Assembly: GCA_040954595.2 (NCBI GenBank)
Contig: CM082597.2
Span: 1,284,886-1,348,885, forward strand
DNA: 64,000 bases
Source: Balanoglossus misakiensis
Lineage: Eukaryota > Animalia > Hemichordata
Direction: 5' to 3'
Shown here: in pieces, positions 24,501-36,500 of the stretch
Layout of the letters: the number at the start of each line of letters is the position of its first letter
Numbering within the stretch: the first letter of the stretch is position 1
The notes under the pieces: generated by a model
Told to the model about the DNA's origin: nothing
The model's input: the letters and a program-made list of their open reading frames with translations, nothing else
Databases searched by the model: none
Made by a program: the position numbers and the translations under genes

Positions 24501-27500
24501 ATCACCATGAAGATAGAGTAGAAAGAGTTGTGATGGTTATACTTCATGCATACAATGTAGATGTTACATTTTGTGAACTGTGGTAAGAAATATTAACAAG
24601 TACTTTGGAAACTGTTCAACTGAAGGTTTGGTTCAACAAGTACTTTGGAAACTGTTCAACTGAAGGTTTGGTTTATACTTTCCACAACTGAGGCTCATAG
24701 GTCGATATACATTTACTTTAATAGACAACATATAATATTTGTTGAGTTCTTATTACAGCACATGCCATATACATACACATGATATGTGATGATACGATGA
24801 CCATTTCTCCACATGTGCCAATCATGCACAGGTAGTGTGATACATACATAGATCATACAGTGATCACCTGCATATCATACAAACTACATGTGCTGATCAT
24901 GCGCTGATCATGTGACGATCATGAACATATCATAGACATATCACATGTGGATCATACTTCTACACGAACACATGAGAATGCAGATCATTAAAGGGGACAG
25001 ATCTAAACAGAAACCAGTTGGCTGGACAGGACTGTGAAAAACAGCTTAGAACTTGTGACATCTTGACATCCTGTATGATCGAAAGTTATTCTAGTTTAAA
25101 ACATGATATAAAATAGAATTTAACCATGAAAAATTTCTAACTACCTTTCTATAGATATTTTAATGTTTGTGTATATTTTCCTATGAGCCTCTTAGAAGTG
25201 GACATTGTATTTTCCCATTTGAGGAAAGTTTGAGGATTTGAATTATAACAGTATGATACTAGTAACTTGGATATTAATTTCACCCAAAATTATATGAGAA
25301 CCTTGTTCACCAATGCAGACAAATTAATGACATACCACTATGTTGGTGATATGTTTGTACCAAAATTACAGAAAACGACAAGATGGTCAACTCTTACAAC
25401 CCAGGAAGGTCTAAAAAAACTCATGCTTTTATTTGCAAGTCCTTGTGTGCACCTGGACCAAAAGTAAAGCAAGGATATTTCATTCCAAAGACACGACGTC
25501 TTTTAGTTTTAGCAGTTGCCAAAATTTTGACAGTAATAGCACCGCAATAGTTTCAATTCGGAGTTTTATACAAACAGATTGAGTGGCACTGATGGAACAA
25601 AAGCTGCTGATGGATAATTGTGAGAAAAAATGGTCAGAAAAATGATTCTTTTGGAAACATTGCGCTCTCTGAATTGGCAACTGACCACTTCTCAATTCAA
25701 TACCCCTTTACACATGTCTGAACTTTTTGCAATGTTGATTTGCAAAGACAAGTTGTTTGTCTTGGCAGAACTGCATGTACCATCGGCAGCTTTCTCCCTA
25801 TTGCGCGGCAATTGGAAATACCTGCTTTGTTTACATGGGATTGGGAGGAGGGCTTTGTCAAAGAACAGCCAATATTTTGGATGCTATTAGCGTTTTTAAC
25901 CCCAGTTTTGAATTTGCTTAAAGGTCCACCAGCTGTAGTGACTTCTTACTTATTTTCAATATTCTTGTTTTGTGTATCGACTGCAGTCTTGCTTGAATCA
26001 CCACAGCATAAGAATATGCCCACTACTTATTTTATCAACACAGCAATTATACGATAATCAATCATTGCTGTTGTTGAATATTAATGTCAAACTGCAATTG
26101 GTACACACAGCAAGAAATACTGGAACAGTAGTAAAACGTTACAGCTAGTATGGACTTTCAAGGAATGTGAGCGAGTGCTATTTGACCAGATTTGAAGTCT
26201 ACGAATGTGTAAATGGAATACATCAAAAGAGTATAACGCTCAGAGATGTTAGCCGCACCACATAAAAGACACTTCCTGGGCTGTTTCCGTTTCCTCTCAA
26301 ACTTTCCGTGAGATGGGATCACAATTATTATATCAGTTATCACATTCTTCCCATATGGTTACCGTACTGATCTCTTGGAACAGTACTTCTGTTAAGTACG
26401 CAACACTATTGGCAGCTTTGATTAGGAAGCATTTTAGCGTGGCATACACCTCATGTGACCAATCCCCATGGATCCTCAGCTCAAACAATCATGATGATGA
26501 TGATGATGATACTGTCAACACCTATGCACCTGTACGAATATCACTCCACACGCGTCATTTCTTAGGGCAATGTTTACTGCATCTCTATATTAGAATACTT
26601 GGGTATGATATATTGTCAAGAAAGTTTTTCTCTAAATCTGTTGAGAGTAAGTTTTATTGAATCTTAATCATTCAGTTTTCCTTATACAGTAATTATCAAT
26701 TTGACAGCTGTTTCAACTTATTGGTCAATTGTATTGTGTCAATTATATTTTCTCATCTAAAAATTTTAAAAGTTTTCTACATAAAGGTGAAAAGTTTGGT
26801 GAACAGAGAGAATAGGAATGGGTGGGTGAAGGAATTTTGCACGAGGAACCGGAATATGTTCAAAAACTACGGAATACTAAGAAGACGAAAGACTCAGGAC
26901 ATCACAACACAAACTTCCTTTCTATTCAAATTCTTACTTTATCTGATACAACAACTATGATTGGTTGCCACAGAACATATAATAGCTGGAGAGCCAATCA
27001 GAATGCATGTTATAAATTGAACACCCTGACACAAATTGCTTGAGGTAATGACCCCCTATGTGTGGAGTTATTAACTTAGGTACTGGCCCCCTAAGTGAAT
27101 AGTAATTGACCCAGGTAAGCCCCCCCCCCCCCTAAGTGAATAGTTATAGACCCAGGAACTGACCCCCTAAGTGTGTGGAGTTCTTTATTTTTCACACAGG
27201 TGCACAAATGTTGATCTATATGTTTCTCACAAGTACAAATCATACCCTTAGTGATTGGAGCAGTGGTCTTTTTGGGTAACCCCGTCGGTTCCGGCTGTTG
27301 AGTGGTTATCTCGCCTGTTAAAAGGAGTTGAGGTTACAAACAAGTAGCCATGACTATCCGGTGAACGATTGTGAGAACACAAACATGACAATGGTAGTTT
27401 AACTTGGGTTGCTGTGAACAGTCACTTCTTTGGACGTGACTTTGAACTTGCAATAACAAGGCCACACCAAAGAAACAATGTTTGCTGTGGTCTCAGAATA

Positions 27501-30500
27501 CTAGGTGGTACAATGAATATTGGTAGACATTCAATTTCTACTTTTCACGGGGGTGGAGTAACTGAGATGAGACTATTTTGAATGCAGTCAAAAGAGCAGA
27601 CATTGTTTCTTTATGTGATGACCACACTGTTGTGTGTACAGCCTCCACAACAGTCTGCTTCACATGCAACTAATCAACATTCGGAAAACGTTTCTAAGTA
27701 ACACATTCCCTGTTTCCAGTAAAGTAGATTCACCCATCAACATCAGGTCTGCTGGGCCGTTCCATTCTACTAGAAACATGGGAGACACTGGCTTGTTGTT
27801 TTTCATGCAGCGTTTTAGAACTTGTCTTCTGAAAAAAATTCTAGTAATACATGCACTACAGTACCTTATCGACATAGACTCCCTTTTGAAAATACCACAC
27901 CCAATGATATAATAGTAGTACCTCTCTAAGCTGCTGTTTTGTTTTCAACTACATGACTTTTTGTAAAGCCAAGTTGGAATAATGCAAACTGAAAGTGATA
28001 AGCCAATCATAGTTCCTGTTACAAAATGTGCTCAGTGCAAACAGCCAATGAAATTTACTGTCACAGAAAGTCAACGAATCATTTACAAAGATACTTAATT
28101 TATCAATGGGTGGGTTTTTCCTAGTGCTTACAAACCAACATACAAAAAGCAACACTGTCAATAGTTTGTAAAGGTACAATTGATCAGCAAAAAGGAAAAA
28201 AATTACCAAAAAAGGACAAAAAGACAGAAATGCTGTAACTTAAATAGACCACATTAGTATTTGAAATATCTTTCACAATCCGAGCGAACATAAGACTATT
28301 GTTAATACCAACATGCTATGACTCAGACCTTATCTGCTTAACACTACCTTCCCTACCTGCACTGCATAATGGTATGGTCCTAACTATCTCGTCATTGGAC
28401 AATACTATTATACAGGAGGTAGGGTCGGTTACCCAAGGATAAGAGAAAGACATTGAATAGAAAGAGCTTAACTTCTGAAAAAAAAAGGAATTTGGCTGTA
28501 GCTATTATTGTCTTAGTGACACTTAGCCGGACCCAAAGTTGTATCATTAGGGAAAATATAAAGACTTAAATGAATTTTTGGATTTTGTTTTGGCATCTTG
28601 CCGAGATGGAAGTGAAGTCCTTTCTGTTCTTGACAATTACAGAAGAGAGAGCAAGAGCGAGAGATTAAGGGAACTTATGATCCCTGTTTTAGCAATGGAG
28701 AAGCCTGACATGAATGGAAAGGGCTGTTCCATTGTCTAAAACAGGGATAGTAGCGTGTGGAAATGTGAGATTTGTGACTTACGTGGTGTGACATCCACAG
28801 TTAGTGCGCTGCTTTCCACATTACGACCATCACCCACCAATGCATCCTGAGAGCTTTTGCAAGTGGCGACAATCTTCAGATTAGGAGATGCGGTACCATC
28901 ATCGCCTTGGGCGGATGTGTAGTTGACAGTGAGAACACTCTCCACATTGAAAGTGCCGTCACCGTTGTCAACTGATGTGGTTTTCACGTCGATGATGTTG
29001 GTACCGTCATCAGTCAGATCATCATCCGGAAGAGGTCCGGAAGTAAAATCTTCCGGCAGCTCGCCGACGAGACTGAGACCATCATCGGCGGTGATCGAGT
29101 ACGTCCAGGTGATTGTAGGAGCTGGTTTGACGTTGCTGGCTGAACATGTTCTGGTGTACGAGAAGGTTTCTTCAGGTTTGGGAACTTCAATAGAAGTTGT
29201 CTCGTCCCCTCCAGTTAGTGAAAGTGCCTCTACTGGTGCTGTAATTTGAATACTCAAGGATATTAACACACAGTTACCGTATACACAGTCTTCCATCCAA
29301 GATGGTTTCAACAGGTAGGGACAGTCCCCTTTCCAAAATATTTACACATAGGCCACCATACCCATTCACAATCACAGAATGGATCAACCCTATTGTTTTA
29401 ACTGCACGGACAGCCTCATATACAAGAAAATGGGGGTGAAACAACGCAATAAATCATGATTATCAGTACGCAATAACCAACTTTACTGTTCAAATTCACC
29501 CCCATGAAAGATTGCTCATCTTTCTCTTCGATTCACAAAATAAGACAGAACGGAAACTTACTCCAAACTCCAACATTAGCCGAGTAACTTTCTTGTGGCG
29601 ATGATGTAATTACATAACAAGTATATTCTCCTTCTTCATCATAGGTTATTGCATTTATTTTCAAATTGTACTGTCCTGCAGCCTGTAAAAAGAAACACAA
29701 GTAATGTGTCTATGTCATTGTTGGCTTAAAATAGGTATATCATATACAAGTGTATATCATTATACCAGTAAAACTGTATACGGTACTGACTGGCGTGGGC
29801 AGAACCATGGATATGTAAATCAGAAGTGATTGTATACAGATAATTACTAGATTAGGTTTTGTCCATGACTTCAGACAATCACACCATGTCCTCCATTGAC
29901 ACTTACCTCATCAATAACAAGATCCACAACACCTTGAAAGTCTTCTGCGATAGTTTCACCATCAGATATCGTTGCTGCCGCTGCCTCTCCGATTTTCTTC
30001 ACCGACCAAGATGGCAGAAAAGCTGAAATTAGACCATCTAACGCACATTCTAAGATGACTTCATTTCCTGATTCATATTGTCCTTCTGAAGGTGTAACCC
30101 TCCATGTCCCAGCACCATTGCACACTGAAATAATAGTAATAATAATATAATATATAATTATAATTTATTTAAACTGAAACTGCAAAACGTCTGAAAACCA
30201 ATTTATTATGTAAATTTCACAACACATGAAAACAAAGTAAGTCAATATACTGAAACAAGAAAGATTTTACATTTTGTTCTATGGGGGCGCTCTCCAGTTT
30301 TGCTTCTGTGCCCCTTTATATTTTACATACCCAAGCATCTAACTATGGTTGGCTTAATTGATTCACATTTGAATTCGCCATCAATTATGCAAGCAACAGA
30401 TCATTTCCAGTGTCCGTTACTGATGAATTTTTTATAAGGCCGACCCCTCGACCGGTGTAAGAGACGTGCGAGCCATTTTTTGCTGAATAGCAGGTTTTGT

Positions 30501-33500
30501 TTATTGTTTGTTGAATACAATGGCGAACATTGCAGATCACTGGGTACAACACTTTCATTCATGTGACCAGATCAATAGCGATATTGTCTTGAATTGAGAC
30601 TTGAGGATTTAGAGCAGCCAACAATCTGAGATAGACTGTGAGTTCAACCAGTTTTAAGGCAAGACTGCTCCCAACACAGAAGTAGAGCAGCGATGTAGAT
30701 CAAGGGTGTTCACCTTTACGAGGCAAGGGGTTCAGTTATTTCGTATTCCAGGATTTTCACAAGAGTTCTTGAGGTCAAAAATGTTATTTTCTAGAGGTGA
30801 AAACAAATTTTAAGTGGGTGTCTTTATTTTTCACTGTCACATGAGTGTGACCAACTAACAAACACTGCACGTGGGTGGATGACAATAGTAACACCCCCTC
30901 CCCCTACCCCAAGAACAAATACGTTACGAGGTGAAGTAAAAAGAACCCCCCAGCTGACCAAACGAAAGTCTCATGAATATTTAATGAAGCAATGCTTCAT
31001 GAATATTTAATAGGTTTAAGTTTAACTATACAGCAGAGAGCAATGACCTTTTGAATGTGACATTTTCCACCTTGTACTGACACCCTTTTCATGTACAAAA
31101 AATTCTGCGACATTTTAGTTCTCAAATCCACAAAAAGTGAACACCTAAAGACTCCCTATGTTATCACATAGTGTACCTCCAAAAAAATCGAGTTGATACT
31201 GAAAATTTTTGTCAGTGGTGATTCAGGAATGTAACATGGTCTGTCCTAATCTAATGCTTATCTCAGAACAAATAAAGTATGTACTTCTATTGACCGATTA
31301 TTGTGTTTGCATCGCTGTGACCCCTCACCCCATTGTGACCTTTAACCCTACACAGTAATTGTTTTTTTAACAATTACTGATCCACAATTGCTTTATGATG
31401 AATAACACATAACATAAAAAATTCACATCCAATTACAAGACTATCCAAATAAGAAAACTCATCGTAGATTCCCTGCAATTTGAGTTTGATTCGATTCTTG
31501 GCTTAACTTCACTGGTATCTGACGCCGAAATTAAATTTTTTGAATAATATGATTATTTTTAGTAAACATTCGAGAATGTGATATGAATAAAGCAACATGT
31601 CTGTGTTGGTGGCAGTGTAACATATTCCAATTCCCTATGGACCACCTGCTTAATGCACAACCTATGTCCTTGAGGTGTATTACATAATCTTGTCTGGATG
31701 GATCGCTGACATCCAATTTCACTGACAGTATATCAAGTTGGGGGGGGATTATGTTGATCATACTAAAACAACTGACCACTGATGTAGGACAATCTGACTA
31801 TACATTTGCCCAGTGATCACTGATGCTATCTTTTGGTATTTGGGCTGACCGTCGAGATGCAGTCAAGTGTATCTAGTCCAGTCTTTTCTTGTCTGGCCAA
31901 GCCAAGAAAAGGCAGCTTCACTGATGATGCAATGCAAACATGGCTATCTATTCCGACCAGATGACCACCGAACTGCAGTGACTAAACCCACTGCCTGAGG
32001 GATATTGGTTATTTGCACAATGTCTATGTTTGTTGCATACACAAAACTAGGGTAGGGCATTATCAGTAGAGTTGCAATAAAATGAAGGCGCATGCGTGAC
32101 GTGCGAAGATTCTCATGAAATATGCATATCATGGGAGTTGATATCTTCAGCTCTTCCAAGGAGACAATCAATCACACCTTGGATGCATTGAGGGAAATGA
32201 GTTGGCAACTCATCAGAATACAGGGCAGGCTTTTGGGATCACCCATTCACAACTCAAGACAGATTGACTGCCATGACTAAAAGCTACAAGACTGGAAAGA
32301 ATTCTGCGCCTGTTACAAATTGACAAACACATCTCCTGCCTAGCAATAGAACGGGTCATTTTAAATTCAAGTCAGTTGTAAAATCAGACACAAGTTGCCA
32401 CACCCCTTCATGATTCAGACGGTTTTTAGTCAACAAGTCTGGATATCGCCTGCCTGTGATATTAAATTTCATGTTGTCTGTTTTTATCAGGTGTTACTGT
32501 GCTGTTTAACAGCACTCCATGATGAAATGTGACACTACACTTAATCAGCAAAGGGAGAAATATAAACAATGGCAAAACATGTATAGATTGCACCATGCAT
32601 ATCAAATTTCATATTCAGTAATAGCGGTTAAAAATACATACTGTTGGTGTAATTTACGACTTTTCCACTTATCAGGTGGAAATACTGGCCATGGCAGTGC
32701 ATGATTTATGCCAAATCAATTGCAAAATACTTCCCAGGAACACGCAGCCACTGGTGTCTATAAAATATTTGGTATTTAATACGGATTGCAAGTTTGATTA
32801 TATAATCCAGATTTTATGATGCCTGCCACAGTGCGGTCGTATCGTACGACTGTGTTATATTTTAATCCCAATTGAGATATTTGAAACTGACATATTAATT
32901 CAGATGTACCCAGATCTATTTACACACCTGACAACAGGGAATTCAGGCAATCACACTTTCAGAAATTAATCAATATTAGCATAATTCATCCAGGTCTTTC
33001 CCTCATTTACATAGAATGACAATTCACATTATCGACGTTTCATGGTTAGCACATTTTAGCACTATCATCTGAATGATAATTAACGGTCCGTTATCTATTT
33101 TTACTCCTCTTAATATTGATTAATTCCACGCATGTATCTGTTAGCTGCACAGACATTACGCAAGTCTTAGTCACGCAGTTAACAAAGTCTCTAGCAAGTG
33201 TGTTCACAGCCCAGTGTAGGTGTTTTTCAGAAATCACAGCTGATAAAACCAAATTCCGCAATCGTAACCACACAGGTATGCCACGCACACGAATCTCTCC
33301 ACACAAGGAGTGGGGGTTGTGTACCCGTTTGTTTCACAAGTGGAAATCAAACATGAAAGAATGCTCTGCGGGTTCATGCCATTCCAATTTAACAATACTG
33401 ATGACATATTGGCCCATTCACATTTGCAACGCTATCCCAACAACACAAATGCTTCGTGCTCGGAAATGCAGACCACAGAAATACCGGTACTTCCCCAATA

Positions 33501-36500
33501 TCTTTACACACTTCAAGTGTCATTCAAGATTCACATTTCACCTGTCTGTTGCCTTGGTTTTCTCATAATATATGCATCTTGGTACACCTAAGTTGCTGAA
33601 TGTGTTTCTAGGTATACCTAAGTTGCTGTTTTTCTGCGTATGTTGAGAGTAAATTTAAGGGGGAGCTTCTAGTTCAACATGCGAGCTTCTAGTTCAACAT
33701 GCTTAACACAGGAAACTAATCCTATGCATAAAATGACTCATTTCTGAAACCACAATCACAACTGCAAAGAAACTTGGCAACATGATGGCAGTAATTATAT
33801 TATAGGAAAAGGAGTCATTGCTAAAGATATCCTTGTGAATCACAGCAATGGTAGTTCGTTTACTTGTGGTTGTTTTTCTGATCATCATACTGCAGGGTCA
33901 TGGCGAACATTCGTTGGCATTTTGCCGACACATCAAACACCCAGTTGCAAGAGCTCCACCATCTAAACATGGAGTGACTCCAGCTTGGAAAATGTGGCTA
34001 CGATCGCAACACAAATACTAACTGTAGGCGTGGCATGTTGGCCTCATTACTTAGAATAGCATCCGAATATACCAGTGTTAGTCATCGTGTTTGACCGAAA
34101 AAAGATCTACAGCTTCTGTGTCTTTCAGCTCACAGTGTTTGGTATTAAAGTCGGTCCATGGAGCTGATGTTGCCATGGCAATTGACAAGATAATGCGAGA
34201 AGATGAGCCGCTCTTTAAGCATGAATTCTCAATGCCAGTGTGGTTTATCGATCAGCATGACAATTGACATGTCGGAATTTGCAATGTCAGGAATGTCACA
34301 CTTGGAATTTTTCTGTGAGGTAATGGAAGGTTTGTGTTGCTGACGGTATTTGGGATATCATGAAATTTCTTAGGATGGTCTTTTACAGAGACCAGACACC
34401 ACTGCACATGGAAATATTTACTTGAATGACACACAGAAGCTGTGATTTACTGCGAGTGTTATACAAGTAGTTAACCTTTTCAATTATAATATGTCATTTA
34501 TATGCAGCAGTAATGCTTAGACGTCAGCAGTCTTGAAATGTAGAATCCAGCCTGCATTACTTATTTTAGACACTATCTTCATTTCAGTCCAGATAATGAC
34601 ACAACATTATGGCAGGATGATAATACACTCCCCCACCTCAAACCAATATCCTCAAACCCCTTAAAATAATCCAGGTAGATAAGAATATGCAGACAAACAA
34701 CAGGACCCACTGCCATTAAATGCATGATTTACATAACAGGTTGTTCACTCTAAAGAAACCCTATTTCCAGATTGTAAAGGGGGGGGGGGGGGTCGGGTAG
34801 AAAGAGAGGGAGATACACGAATATGATACTTGTACATGAATCAAATAATACAGGTTCTCTTGGTGCAATTTCAAACTTTACAACATCAGCATTATCATGG
34901 GTTAAAACATTGCTGATGGGGTATTTTTCTCCGACTGGATATTGCCCCTCCTTTCTCCAAATGCTACAACCCCCCTCTAATGGTATTTAGCAAGCCTGAC
35001 AGATTTTTATCTCGGATGACACCTCCCTTTGGGGTTCAAGGTGACAGCTGTATTTTATCAGTTCACATTTCTTACTTTCAGTGTAACGTTTCAGTCAGGT
35101 AATATCCACTAACAACATGTCAATCTCAGTCATAAGATGCCATGGGTATAATATAAATTGCGTCCACCCGAATTTGGACAATCTAAGAGAGAACAATACA
35201 AGGACAGAATATTACAGAGAAAAATTCTCTCATAAACAAAAATGTTGAAATAATTTTCACTTTCAGGTAGCAGCTAATATAATACATGTACTCATTTTGG
35301 AACAATCAGGTTTGTTTGTCCTGTGTGGTCATGAATTATTCAACGCAAGCCCACACAGGAAAATATCATTTTACTCTGCGGGACAATTTCCGATTGTATT
35401 CATTCTTCCGTTGGTCAATTTCAGCAAATAGATTTTCTGTTTGTGTCTGCAGCTGAGGATGTTGGCGATTCTATCTAGATTACTCTGCGATCATTTAGTG
35501 GAGAGGATTGGCCATTATTTTATTGCGAAGTCATTATCTTGCACTATTAAAACTGTGAACTTTGTCAGCAAAGGACCTTCAATCCTAACAGTTAGAACAG
35601 AACTAGAATAATTGTAAATATCAGCATCAAAATGTACGTTTCCCTTCTCTGATAAAACATTTTGAGCATCAATTTCATCATGACGAACGAAAAATATCAG
35701 AAGTTGGATCAAAACATCCCAAATCATGTCATAACTTAGGCTATTTGACATCTGAGGCCATCTCTGACGTCCCTTGTCCATGTCTTGCATTTAGAGTGAA
35801 ACAGCGCTTGCATTATTTATGTCCCTTTCACTGATGACATGGCGAAGATCATTACTTCACATCAATATGTCTTCCTATTCAATGGTTACTACATGCCTTG
35901 ATAGCGATAGGGGTAATTTAATTTGCAACGCAATCATTATTAAGCTGTGGAAATGTTTGTGTCCTCGTATTATGAAACCCAGGACTCGAGCGACGAATTT
36001 CAAGTTGAATGTCACCAAGTCCAGTCTGTGTCTTTCAATGAAAACGCAATCTTTTTCAAATCATATAATTTAACATTAGAATGCAATCATTGAAATCGTC
36101 ATGGAAATTCTTCATTTCTCAGCAACATCACTCCTTCTGAAATATTTAAGTTGTCATGAAATTTTCATGAACTTCACGTACGGACTTTATTATCGACGCA
36201 AATCAGTAGAACCCTGCTGGCTTGTTTGCGAGACTGCAGACAGATGCCCATCACGGTTATAAATGGTGTTCAAGCAGACAATCGCATCAGATAGTTGCAA
36301 GAAATACAGCACACTACATCTGCAGTGGGACTGTAAAAGATTAGATCAATTTGCAGAAGTGTGCACAGTTATTAAAGCTGTCTCGTGTTAACGAAATTTG
36401 GTCACGTTCTCTTATGTCAATTTACGAAACAGAAAACATTTCAATATATAACATTTGTCTGTTTCGTATTTACATGTACAGGTAATGATTTACAACTCCA

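Noticed and set aside
23558-24547. Pro/Thr-rich minus-strand ORFs 23558-23761 and 24281-24547 as extra IgSF exons
   Set aside because: No phase 1-1 GT-AG boundaries were found, and the Pro runs derive from poly-G tracts.
3382-30124. Functional link between the glycosyltransferase cluster and the neighbouring mucin-stalk IgSF protein as enzyme and substrate
   Set aside because: Adjacency alone is weak evidence in animal genomes, and the IgSF protein has no EGF or TSR domains. Conserved linkage and co-expression would be needed.
35515-36073. Possible interspersed repeat or TE remnant (similar impression at ~12650-12850, 48240-48440 and 51300-51480)
   Set aside because: No TIRs, TSDs or transposase/RT motifs could be shown from this window alone. 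A repeat library is needed.
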